NCBI RefSeq assembly: GCF_009834535.1
Contig: NC_045697.1
Coordinates: 23,128,001 to 23,192,000 of the forward strand
DNA length: 64,000 nucleotides
Source: Camelus ferus
Lineage: Eukaryota
Reading direction: 5' to 3'
Shown: in pieces, positions 1 through 12,619 of the stretch
How the letters are laid out: every line of letters begins with the position of its first letter
How positions within the stretch are numbered: position 1 is the first letter of the stretch
Notes under the pieces: model-generated
The model's input: the letters and a program-made list of their open reading frames with translations, nothing else
Database searches by the model: none
Told to the model about the DNA's origin: nothing
Translations under genes and position numbers: made by a program

Positions 1-1597
1 AGAACATTTACAGTATATCTAAATTAATGAAACCAGGGGTAGAAAAAGAAGCACTGTGCCACTTGAGATATTTTTGTTCTCATAAAAGATAGAGGTGCTC
101 ATGAGGTCAAGAGCTCTTTTGGTTATAACTTCCAAGCATTCTAGCAATAAGAAAAAAAAATTCTATATTTTACCGTACTTCTTAAAATTCTTCTTTTTTT
201 TTAACTATTCTATTTGTAGCACTCTTGAAAATACAATAGACACCAAAAAAAACAACTTTTGCTTTTCTCTTGACTGACTATAAAAATTCTGAATATTTTC
301 AGAAAATCTCTTATCATTTTTCAGTTTGCTGTCAGTCTTTGTAAAATGACTACTGAAAATGTTCTGCATATTGTGTGTTTTAAGTATATTTTACACTTAT
401 TTTCACATGAAAATTTTTTCTCTTATTTCATACCAACATTGAAATATGTCAAGAAAAATTTTAAATGTGTAGAAAATGGTATTAAAATTCATATATTGAG
501 ATATTTATCATTTGATTTTCCATTGTCATTGTTAATTTCATGTTACTTTTAATCTTAGGTAAGATTTTATCTAATAAAATTTCATTCCCTATATAAAATA
601 TGATGTAATGTCATTAACTTTATAGCAGAATTGTTTTAATATACTAATATTGCAAACCCAGAGTATTTAAAACTGTAGGACATTTATTCTAATGCTGTGA
701 CTTTAAGATTTTTAATCTCTTTGGGTTTTAAAAAAAAACTATACCTTCAAATATTATCATGAATACACAAAGTTAAAAGTAAAAATCAAGGTTAGAAATG
801 GAAGCTAAACTTACTAAAGTTTATACAAGTATCCTTTGCTCTAAATAAAATTGCGATTAAGTATCATTTCTTAGGGAAAAGAATTCACAGATGTTCTATC
901 TGCTTAAGAATATCATTTTGATGCTGGTACTAATTGGTAGATTGTTTTTTGTTTTTCTCTCTTTCCATCCTCTTTTTTTCTTTTTTATTCTGAATACATA
1001 TGTATTCAATTACAGCAGAGTTATGTGAAATAATCCACGTTTCAGAAGAACTATTATTTCATAAGTGACAATATTTATTAGTTCCTATCACATTCAGAAT
1101 CTTTTTTTGTAAGTGAACATTCCTAGCATGTAAAACTATGTAGCAAAATAAAACACTTTTACAATATTATCAGTGTTACTGTTATTATTATAAAACTTTT
1201 ATAATATTGTGATACATTTAAAAATTAAGAAAACAATCACATCATATATGGCTATATTCTCAGTGAAATAACTCATTTTTCCACACATTTCCTTTCAGAC
1301 TCATCCCACATGCATTTTTACATTGTCACTTCCAGTTAATACTTTTGTTTTCATTTTACATTTGACCACAGATATTTTTTCCCTGTTTTCCAATTTCTAT
1401 TCCTGGCTTATGATCTTAACACTGATCTTTCAGTATTAAGGCTGTTACTCACCAGTTTGGCTCTGCTCATTTGGAGAATTCACGACTGCCCAGCCAGCCT
1501 CAGAGCAGCAGCATTCTTCCCCCACTCCCCCAACGTAAGTGACCATAGACATGCCCTACTGCTTTCCAGTTCAGGGTAAATTTTAGCCCACTGATGT

Positions 1598-2133
1598 TGA
1601 AAGGTAGCAAAATATGCCACTTTGTTATATTGCTTATTTTGCGCTGAAGGCAGTTAAAAACTAGCAAGTACTGGGTGAGGGTTTTTTTTCTGAACTCTTC
1701 TTATCTGCCTAAAGACAGATTGACCAAAAGGCATTCAAGTTGTCATAAATTGCCTCCTGGGAGTTTCATCAACCAGGGTAGACTGACTCATCACAGGAGA
1801 GGAGACTAAACTTTGATACCACACCCAAACTTTGTCACAAACTATCATATCTCCCATCTGTTTTTCTAAGGGCCTGTTCATCTTTCCTAAAAATCATTTA
1901 CTCTCCTCTAGGAGGCCTATATCCTCTTCCTCCTTCCCAACAAGGTGTTTAAGCCTGAATTCTAAGCCACCTCTTTAAGTTACCAATTTTTCTTTAGGTA
2001 TCTCCCATGTACACATGAGGTATACATGCTAATAAACTTCTGATTGTTTTTCTCCTGTTAATCTGCCTTTTATCAGAAAGGGTCTCAGCTGAGAACTCAG
2101 AGCTTGAAGGGGAAAATATTTTTCTTCCCTACA
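1598..2133 (+). mobile_element. ERV1-class solo LTR (MER34/MER39-like)
   Basis: Starts TG (tgaaaggtagcaaaatatgccac) and ends ...tttttcttccctaCA. AATAAA at ~2031. Perfect 4-bp TSD ATGT at 1594-1597 and 2134-2137; 4-bp TSDs are typical of ERV1. Confidence 0.85.
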
Positions 2134-2299
2134 ATGTTTATGTGTTAAATTATTACATCCTTTGCTCTAGTATCTTATATAACCACTATCTTCTGGCACT
2201 GTCTTCAAGGAAATACATAAAAATTAAACCAAACTTATTTTTCTATTTTTTAAAGTAATAACAATTCTTAAACTTAATTTAAAAATATGATTTACAATA

Positions 2300-3030
2300 G
2301 TATCAAAACTACAAAATACTGCCGTATAAATCTGGTAAAAATTAAAATCTCTAAAATAGCCCAAATGACACTGAAATAGAACATAGTTGGAGGGGTAGCA
2401 CAGTCTAATTTTTACACATATTATAAAGCTATAGTACTCAAGACAGTGTGGTGCAGAGGTTAAGATAAACAAATTAATGGAATAGGGTGCTTAAAAATAG
2501 GCTTTTTTCAGATTTTGTTTTCAAACTTTTGACAATTGATTTTTGTCAAAGGCAAAATGGCCATTCATTGAGCAAGGCTTGTCTTTTCAATGAATAACAC
2601 TCAAATATTTGGATAATAATTTGTAAAAAATCTGAAATTTAATCCATATTTCATACTACTACAAAATTAACTCAAGATGGATCATAGATCTAAATGTAAA
2701 ACCTAATGCTACAAAACTTCTAGAAAAAACACAGGAGAAAATCTTCGTGATCTTGGGTTATGCAAAGATTTCTTAGCCAAGACACCAAAAGCACAATCCA
2801 TTTTTCAACAAAAATTTTTAAAAGAGAGAGAAACTAAGAATGTTTGCTCTTTGAAAGACACTGTCAAAAGAACTGACTGGAAAAAAATGTTTGCAAAGTA
2901 TATATTGGATAAATAAATTGTACTTCAAATGTATAAAAAACTTTTAACAGTCTATATAAAAAAACCAATAAAAATGGCAAAATATTTAATATTTAATTTA
3001 ATATTTACACAGAAACTTTACCAAAGAAAA
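2300..3030 (+). mobile_element. Old L1 (L1M-type) ORF2 3' fragment, degenerate
   Basis: Recognisable ORF2 motifs: aaagctatagtactcaagacagtgtgg; ggatcatagatctaaatgtaaaacct; cttctagaaaaaacacaggagaaaatcttcgtgatcttggg. No open frame. Confidence 0.8.
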
Positions 3031-4624
3031 TCTCCCATGTATTGGTTAGAGTTTAATCAAAGGAAGAGTATACTACATTCAGGGAACTTCAGGTTGTTTT
3101 AATTATGTTTCTATCATTCAGATCTAAAAATTTAAACATACTTCTACTGATTTCTTGTTGGGCTTTATACAGATGAGACAAGTAGACTGGTTTCCAAATA
3201 GATAACTTGGTTAAACAACAAGAAAAAAGAGCTGGCTCATTAGTTAATAAGAGTTTATTAAATTTTTAGTTCATATAAAATATCCATTCTTCTAGTAGGC
3301 ATTTTTGGAGACCACAGTTAGTTGAGAAAAATAAAGGAAAACTTGATTTTCTTGAAACAATACAATACCATATTTACATTAGTTTATACCACTTAATTAA
3401 TCCCCCTTAGTTTTATTGCCAACATGAGCACTTTTATATTGCAGTGTCCAAACAAAAAGCAAGATATCTGGCAAAGTTACCAAGTGGGGTATACTTGCTG
3501 CTCAAAGCTGTATATTTGATCAAAAGCCTTTTAAATTGAATCTGATTTTTAAAATTGCTATTATTCCCTTTTTTCATCAACTTTGCTTGAATAAATTTTA
3601 GTCATTTAGGAACACAAAAAGCTAAATGTTTCCCAGTGTTTTATTTAGTACAGACCTTAAGCTTTGGGGAGTGATTTTATTTTTTTATTCCAGATATAAT
3701 CATGCTGATGCTATTTGTCATGGAACAAAACTGGACAGCTTTGTGTTTTAAAGCCAGCCCTTTCTATCAATCATTCTGAAAGAACAATGAGATTAGCACT
3801 GCTGGCTTCACATTATTGATTATTCTTAAAGTTATGATTCCAAAAGTTCAATGTGATAACATAACCTTATTTCACTGATCAAAAGGTTAAGGAAAAAGGT
3901 TAACACTTTTTATCAACTCACCAAATTTTGGCATAGCCAAATTGCATGTTAATTCAATATATTGTTTTTCAAATTTTCAAATATATTTTGAAATTAGAAA
4001 ACTATTAAAATTTAAATTGTATTTAGTTTTCTTTTTCTTTAGATTAATTGTATTTACTTTTCTCCATGTAATGTAGTAGTAAGAAACAGCATCACAATAC
4101 TACTTTATTTTGATCAGTATAAGATATTCACAATTAATCTTACAAAGTTAAGTTTTAAACCTCTAAGCCATGTTCCCCCCCAAAATTTGAATTAGTAGCA
4201 TGATAAATGAATTATGCTATCCTTTCTCTCTATTACATCCACTTACACATACAAGGCAAAATCTGGAGAGCTAAAACTCCAGGTATTTTCATTATTATTA
4301 ATAAAATTTTAATGTTCTCTAACCATAACAGCAATGTGCTATCTTTTGTAATATAAGAATTATGTTTGACACAACATTGTAAAATGATTATAAATCAATA
4401 AAAAATTTAAAAAGTTAAAAAAAAATTATGAAACACAATCCTTGAACACATATATGCAACTTCAAGGTTCTTCTTCAAACATTTGGATATCAAAAAACAT
4501 TTTTGGAAAAAAATGAAAAATATCAACATAAGTTACCATCTTTTAAATTTTTGTGAAAGACATCAAAATGTACAAACAAAATATTACTGTTCAATAGTAC
4601 TATTGCTTGATAGAAGCAACAGGG

Positions 4625-5665
4625 AGACTTGGTCAAAGGGTACACATTTTGTTACAAGACAAACAAGTTCTGAGGATCTAATTTAGAGCACAGTGACTAT
4701 AGTTAACAATATGGGATTACAGTTTGGTTCAGCCATTATGGAAAACAGTATGGAGATTCCTCAAAAGACTAAAAATAGACCTCACCATATGATCCAGCTA
4801 TCTCATTCTTGGGCATATATCCAGAGGGACTTCTAATTTGAAAAGATACATATCACCCTAATATTCATAGCAGCACTATTTACACAAGACATGGAAACAA
4901 TGTAAATGTGCATCAACAGACGACTATATAAAGAAGCTGTGATATATTTATACAATGGAATACTACTCAGCCATAAAAAAGAATAAAACAATACTGCTTG
5001 CAGCAATATGGATGGACCTGGAGATCATTATTCTAAGTGAAGTAAGCCAGAAGAAAGAGAAAGAAAAATATATGATATCACTTATATGTGGAATTTAATA
5101 AAAAAAAAAAAGAAGAAAGGAAAAAGAAGAGACTAATGAACTCATCTACAAAACAGAAACAGATTCACAGATATAGTAAACAAACCTAAGGTTACCAGAG
5201 GGGAAAGGAGGAAGGAGGTAGGAAGGGATAAATTGGGAGTTTGAGAATTACTAATATTAATCACTATATATAAGATAGATTAAAAAATACAAATTTCTTC
5301 TGTATAGCCATGGGAACTATATGCAATACCTTGTAGTAACTTATAATGAAAAAGAATATGAAGACAAATATATGTATGTATATGAATGATTGAAACATTA
5401 TGCCATATACCAGAAATTGACACATTGTAACTGATTATATTTCAAAAAAAATACTGTATTATGTACTTGAAGTTGTTGAGAGAGTAGATCTTAAATGTTC
5501 TCATCATACAAACACAAAATAATAAGGTAAATATGTGGGGCAGTAGATTAGTTAACCAGCCTTATTGTAATAATTTTGCAATGTACGTATGTATATCAAA
5601 TTATCAGGCTATACACTTAAATTTATACAATGTTATATGTCAAGTACATCTCAATAAACTGGATG
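4625..5665 (+). mobile_element. L1MA-type 3' UTR fragment, split by a younger L1 at 4712-5449
   Basis: Left part ...gtgactatagttaacaata joins right part atactgtattatgtacttgaagttgttgagagagtagatcttaaatgttctc to give a contiguous L1MA 3' UTR. Ends tcaataaactgg. Confidence 0.75.
4712..5449 (+). mobile_element. 5'-truncated younger L1 (ORF2 end, 3' UTR, A tail)
   Basis: Begins tgggattacagtttggttcagccattatgg, homologous to the ORF2 end of the L1 at 56551-60931. Contains tacaatggaatactactcagccataaaaaagaat and ends in a short A tail. Confidence 0.9.
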
Positions 5666-6011
5666 AAAAGGGAATAGGGAATTTTAAACCAAAAAAATGG
5701 GAAGAATACATATTTTTTAAGGTGAATTTGTATTTAAAATTCACCTTGTCCTTATTCCTCTCCTTTGTCAGCATACATGGACAAATAAAACAAAGGAACA
5801 AACTAACAAATATATTGCCATTGATCAGCATAGCATTTAGACAGCAAAAGAACCATGGTAATCATGCATTCACCTTCCAATTAAGCCTTCTCTCTGTTGC
5901 CCCTCTTTTACAGGTTCTAATTTGTACAGCTGCCCATTGTCAAGTTACACTCTGTGACTTTTGATTTAATGTATTTTTCATTGAGTGGTTTTAGTTTCAC
6001 AGAAGTAAGTA

Positions 6012-6223
6012 CACTTACTCTTCCTTATCAGCATCCATGGGGCTAGGTCCCAGGAGGCTCGGGGATACTAAAATCCATCAGTGCTCCAATTGGCCTTTCC
6101 TATCCCATCTGCAGCCTCAGCATCCGGCATCCACAGATTCAACCAATATGGATCGGTAGTATTTTCCATCCTGGGCTGGTTGAATCTGCACGTGGGAAAC
6201 TGGTGGATACAGAGGGCTGATTG
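6012..6223. mobile_element. Tigger-family (TcMar) MITE, MER2-like
   Basis: Motifs catccatggggctaggtcccaggag...gatactaaaatcc and ...ggatacagagggctgattg match MER2-type ends. Flanked by TA at 6010-6011 and 6224-6225. Confidence 0.75.
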
Positions 6224-7302
6224 TACAGTTATCTTCTCCATGTTAGACCATCTTGACACAGTCTTTACATTTGTGTTATTTAGCATAGCTGGAGGTAAAA
6301 ATGACAAAACATGGAAACTCAGTCCTCTAACCATTAAAATATACGCTATGCATTACATCGTCTTTACCTTTGACTCCATTTCACATTCCTTTATTTTTTA
6401 ATTACAGCTAATAATACGACTTCCTCCATGATTTGCATTTATGAGAACATCCATTGTGAATATAAGAAATACTTCTGTGACTTTTCTATTTTGGAGCTGG
6501 AAAGAACTTTATAAACATTAAATAATGAATTCTCACAAAACTCAAGGCAAAGTTTAATATTCTTGTTTTATAACCAGGGAAATGAGAACAGAATGCTAAA
6601 GTTACTTACTGAAATGCATTAGATCAAGTGGCTGCCAGACCTAGGCTGAGCACTTTTAGTGTGAGCCCAGATTTGTAGATGCTGTAAATGAACTATATGT
6701 TAGAAGGATTACGGAATATCATTTGCAATTAATGTGCTCAGAGTTCTTGAAAGGATTATATCCTTGCTTTGTATAAGCAGCTGAATAACATGGTGTAACT
6801 TTTGGAAGGAATTGAAACTTTGGTAAATTTCATTATAAGATAACACAAACCACAAGGTTTTTTCATTCTCCTTTTTCCTTACATTTTTGGCATAAATCAG
6901 TGATTTTTGAGCTGAATTTCACATATCACTGAATTCCACATTCTATTTTTCAAATTTTACTTCTCACATTCAAAGGAGGAACTTCAGTTACTTGAGTAAA
7001 GCTCATACAAGTGATAGAATTTTTTTTAAAGATACTACAGTATACCAATATTTGTGGATAGAAAGGGACAGATTTCCTTATAAAACTGATTTTATTTCCA
7101 CTCAATGTAGCTACAGTTATAGGGAAGGGGAAAATAATGTCTTAATAATGTGAAAACTCATTTCAAAAACAGTTTACTCCATGCTGACCTAAGCAGATGA
7201 AAAATCTACCTTAAATGAGAAGCTAATACAGAAGTATGAAGTTTGGAAAACATTTTTTCTCTTTTTCGATATGCCCCCTCTAGCTAATCAAGGATGGAGA
7301 TT

Positions 7303-7374
7303 CCAGTAAAAAGAGCAAAAAGAAGGGTAATAAAAAGGCCAGTAAAGAGAGCAAAAAGAAGGGTAATTAAAAGG
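7303..7374 (+). repeat. Local tandem duplication, 2 x 36 bp
   Basis: ccagtaaaaagagcaaaaagaagggtaataaaaagg followed by ccagtaaagagagcaaaaagaagggtaattaaaagg (2 mismatches). Confidence 0.95.
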
Positions 7375-10300
7375 AGCTAGATTTTAAGTTACAGGTGGCC
7401 TGTAGGCCTGAGTTTTCTCACACAAAATCAAAATACTCATTTCATACTTTTCTGTCTATTGAATAACGGAGGGTGAGTGGAATGAAAGAATCTTGGGTGT
7501 CAGAGAAAAGAAAATGTAAGCTGAGCTTTTGGACTCTAAACTTTCAAAAAATAATTACCTATTTCTCTTCCATTTCTACATCTCCTGTTTTTCTGACACA
7601 TAAACATACACCTTTCTGCTGATGACTCTAGGCATATTTATATTGTGATGAATAATTAATTTGATGTAAGTGCAAAGATTTAAGAACAGGTCTTTGCAGG
7701 CATCGTCTGAGGTTTTAAAGCTAAACAAGGACTTTTTTCTTTTAGTTACAGCAAACATATTTATACTAATGAGAGCTTTATCTGACTTATTGCTTTTGCC
7801 TCAGATTCACTCACTGCCATTTCACTTTAAAGAATACTGGAGTGTTTTATTTTTTCCACTGCTGATTTTTTTTTTCCACTCTCTAAACTCCCACCACTTT
7901 GTTACATGATGATGAATTTTAAAAGTGAATAGCAATAAAATTTCAAATTGAAAGAAAGTTTGAAAAGAAATATTTTCCTAATGGAAGTTTATTATGATTT
8001 GCAAAGAAAAACATTTCAATTCTATCTTGACCTTTGGTTGGACTTCTAGATGATCTTACAGGAGCCTTCAAGTTCAAGTATATTAAAAATTATGTAATAT
8101 TAACTTTATAATGGTAATATAATTATATTTTGAAAAGTAAAACACTTTTAAAATTATTGATATTCACAGTAAAAGCTGATATTCTGAAACTTCATTCCAC
8201 AAAGAAATATGAAGACAGTGAGAGAACATATATCATTTAATAATCATCTGGTTTTTATTCCTACCTCATGGAACATCCAGTACAGGTATGTCTATAGTAC
8301 ATATAATTTTATATTAGATAATTGGCCAAGTATGGAATGTATAAAAAGAGTCAAACTTTGCTGGAAGTGAATTTACTATAAAATGACTAAATAGCAAAGG
8401 ATTCTACTCTGAAATAATTTCCAAGGGCATGATAATAATTCAATTTATCATTTTCATAATTGTTCCTGAATTGTGAATTCAGGGACACATTAAGCGATCA
8501 TATAGGGCATTGTTAAGTATTTATCACACAATAAATAAATATTTATTCATTTTGTGTGAAGCAGCACCTGAATTTTTATCTAATAAATTTAGTATTATGT
8601 ATTACTCTAATACTGTTTTCTAACTCTACCTTAAATAACTTAATGGGATCTACATTGCACAAAACAAATTAAAATTCACATACTATGTGTAATATTAGGG
8701 GAAATGATAAAATTAATTAATTAATCAGCGATTTAAATATCTTCCCTCTCTACACTACCTCCTGATAATTAACAAGCTACATCTTATGGGAGACATAGTG
8801 ACAATGTTTATTAAAACACAATTTCCAATTCAAAAATTTTTTTACTGTAGTTAATTCATAAAATAATTAGTAAAAGCATTTGTTTTCCACCTTGAAATGG
8901 ATAAAATAAATAGTTGATTTACTTTAAACTCTCCTAGGTAAATTATATTTTATGTTCCAATCCCAATGCATTGGCAAAATTTTCTGGAAGTATTATTTTG
9001 AGAAGACTGTGAAATCTACCTTGACTCAATATAACAGAATAGAATGAAAGAAGTGCTATCCTTTCAAAGTAAAAATAGAAAATGTATGATATATGAATCA
9101 TCTGTATGTTATTTCAAACTTGAGTCAATCTAACTAGTGTATAAGTACATTAATCATTAACAAATGAAGCAAAAATAGTCCTCCAAATGGCAACTTATTA
9201 TTTGACAATATTTCTTGCCATATTGTTTATATATTGAAACTTGCCAAATAAGAAAGACAGTGATGTTTAATAAATTATTCCTTGTACTCTGTAGAGTTGC
9301 ATATCCAGTATTATACCTTTAAATTCTGGTTTCTCATCAACATTTAATTGCTCAATTCACATTCCTCTGACTCTGAAAATAACCAGTTTATAAACTATAA
9401 GGAAGGGAACGAGGTTGAGAATGGAGGCGGCCTTTTTATGATCTTTTCCTCACAAAATAAAGATATAGTACTTTTTGCTACATATTGATATATATTTATG
9501 TATAGATAATATTATATGAGAGTAAATGTAACTTGTTTTATCCATTTAATTTAGTTGTATTCACTCTGCATGACTAATCATATAGAAAAATATCTATTTT
9601 GGGGTTGATCTACATAAAATGTAAAAAAAAACCTTCCCAAGTCATACATTAAGTAGACTCCATTAGTGACCTGAGATGCGCTCACGCCTGTTAAACTTTT
9701 GTAAAATATTTCCAGTGCTCTAGGATCCGACAAGACCATTATAAGTTAATTTAGCATGCAATATTTTTGCAAATACGTACAACTTTTATTATTTTCAGGA
9801 ATTAAAAGTCATTCATAAAAGTGGTTTACATAAAACAAGTTTAATTAAGTAATTTGTTCATTCCCCTGTGACAGTCTTCACACATGACTGAAGATGCAGG
9901 CAGAATAAGCATCATCATTTTTAATAATTTCAACATGTTCTGCTAAACGCAGAGAAATGCAGTTGTAATTAGGAAAGAAATGTAATAAAAACCTCTGCTA
10001 CAGAAGTGTTATTGAAATATGTTATTAAAAATGAAGTACACACTTGATGAGTGAGGCTAGGTAGCCACATTTCGTACTTTAAAATCAGGGTAAATAAAAG
10101 AACAAAATATTCAAGGTGTGTGAGCATTGGTTGCTTTGAATTTCTCATAAAAGTTGCCTGATTTCACAAAGGCAATAATTACGGTCACATGGACAAATTA
10201 AATGCATGTGGGAGAAAGAACTTTTACCAAAGACAACCTTTTTTTAAAGTAATATTGTTGAATATTAAGCACTTGCTACTGAAGACTCCAAAGGGAAAAT

Positions 10301-11009
10301 ATTAGCTGTATAGAATCCAGACAAACTAAATATGAAAGAATTAAGTTATAATCATTTTATGGTGGAAGTAGGTTAATGTATATTTATACAATTAAGCAAA
10401 CATTTTGGATATCATTGTAAAAGAGTCTTTTAGTCTCATGTTACTTGTTCTCAGAGCCAATCAACCATATACATAATAATATTTTGGGGAATGCTGAGGT
10501 GACTATCAACTTTATCTGACATATTTTCCCCAATAGTTTATCATTACTTTTCTATAGTTTTGTCAGGAGTTATGCCTTTTCTTTAAGTTCTCTGTTCTAA
10601 TGTATTTTACCTAGTATTTTTAAAATAATGATGTATAAATCCCAGAAAAATATATTGAATGTGAATGGGTTTGCCTGTTTGAAGGAGAAGGGAAAAGAAC
10701 CACAAGGGCACTAGGTCAAAGGAAACAGTACTAACCAACTTGGTATATCTTGCTGGGTAAAGCTGGTTACTTGCAGCCTCCATTTCCAACTGCTTAAATT
10801 TTCACTGTACTTAGCAACTTTTTTCCAGATAATTGAAAATTATGCCATGTGTCTCTGAAATTTACAACTTACAGCAGTGAAAATTTTTTTAGCATAATAA
10901 TAATTATAATATTGTCCTAAAGCACATAGTTCAAAATTCCCCCTAGATAATGGAGGATCTTGTATGAATGAAATCAACAAGTAATACCAAACCTAGGTAA
11001 TTTTGTGAA

Positions 11010-11240
11010 TATTAATAAAGACCATTGACTAAGGCCTTCGGTACCCCAGGCATTGGGCAAAGCTTTTTGCATATATTATCTCTTTAATTCTCCTCACAGT
11101 TCTATGACATAGAGAATTTTATCATCATTTTCCATATTTGGAGTCTGAGTCAGAAAGAACATTGGCTAAAGTCATACAATTAATAAATTAAAAAGCAGAG
11201 CTTTGTACTTAGGTCTATTTAGTCTGAATATCAGTATTTT
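11010..11240 (-). mobile_element. MIR SINE remnant
   Basis: ccaggcattgggcaaagcttttt...attatctctttaattctcctcacagttctatga...aaagtcatacaattaataaat...ttaggtctattt follows the reverse-strand MIR core layout. Confidence 0.7.
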
Positions 11241-12119
11241 AAAGCATCTTCTAAGCATAAACTCTCATGTTTCACCAGACTCAAATCTCTGCTTTTGCAT
11301 GACCTGATATAATTTCCTTTATTTTGGGGAAAAAAAAAACTAAATTGGAGAATTAAATATTGTGATCTCATGTAAGTTTTTTGTATTTATATACAACATG
11401 AAATACTATTTTTAAAAAAATATATTGAATTTTTAATTTAAAAAATTAAAACAAAGAAATAGATATTAAAATAAGGATCAATATTCTAAGGATATATACA
11501 TCTATATTTATATAATTTATTAGCTAATTTAACAGCCTGATGTTGTTAAATGAATACCATGTTTATATAAAGATAACATACTACACCTCATAATCTGTAT
11601 CTCATTTTGATACGAAAACCTGCTGTCACAGATGGAGGGGAACTAGAAATGACATCTTTCAAGCATAATTGGAATTGTAAATACCAGATCCTACATGTGT
11701 ACATAACATCATATGGGATACTGAAGTCATGAAAATTACCTAAGCCAGAGTAGAGTAGTAGCCCTTAATTGTTACTTTTATTTTCTTTGAGGTTCATACT
11801 TGTTTACGATCCTATCCTATTGTATACATTTTGTCAGTTATTTCAAACAGCATTTTGAAATCTTGCAAAAAAAAATGGAAGGAAAGAAAACAAGGAAAGT
11901 GAGAGAGGAAGAAAATAAGAAATGTAGGTACTTAGTTCAACATCAAACTGAGAACAAATTTCAGACAGTTGCTTAGGCTCTCTCTCAGATATAACCATGC
12001 AAGAACAGGAAACTAGAAAATGTGTGCAAAAGTCAAGTGAAACAAAAGACAATAGAAAGAGTCCCACAGCAATCCAGTTAATAAAGGTTTTAGGTAAGGT
12101 CTCTAAACATATATTATGA

Positions 12120-12450
12120 TAAATTTATTCTATGGAAAATTATTCAAAAAAATTTTAAAGAGGATGAATGACTGCTATACTCAAGAATATGAAGAATCTT
12201 ACAGGCATAATATTGAGTAAAGGAAGACAAACTCAAAAGGCACATGTTGTATGAGTTCACTGTATGAAGTTCAAAACTGTGGAAAATCTATATTGCTAGA
12301 TATCTAAAGATATTTGCCTGGTAAGGGCCATGAAAGAGCTTGTTGAGATATCAAATAAATTACATATTTTGATCTATGTGATGGTACAAGTTTTTATACA
12401 CAATAGTTAAATATGTGCATTAAGTACTACTTCAATAATACAATAAAAGT
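12120..12450 (+). mobile_element. Old L1 (L1ME/MC-type) 3' end fragment
   Basis: aatcttacaggcataatattgagtaaaggaagacaaactcaaaag...tgtatgagttcactgtatgaagttcaaaa. Confidence 0.65.
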
Positions 12451-12619
12451 GGATACCATCAATAATTATATTTCAAATAATATAAAATATAGGTGATATA
12501 TATAATTTTAAATATGTATATGAAAGATAAAACTCCACAGAACAATGAAACATGCCAAAGATTACATAAGAAGAAACTGAAAAGACAAATATTCTAATGT
12601 ACCAAACAATCTGTGTCAA

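Noticed and set aside
5533..5964. 143-aa ORF
   Set aside because: Begins inside an L1 3' UTR; no recognisable domain.
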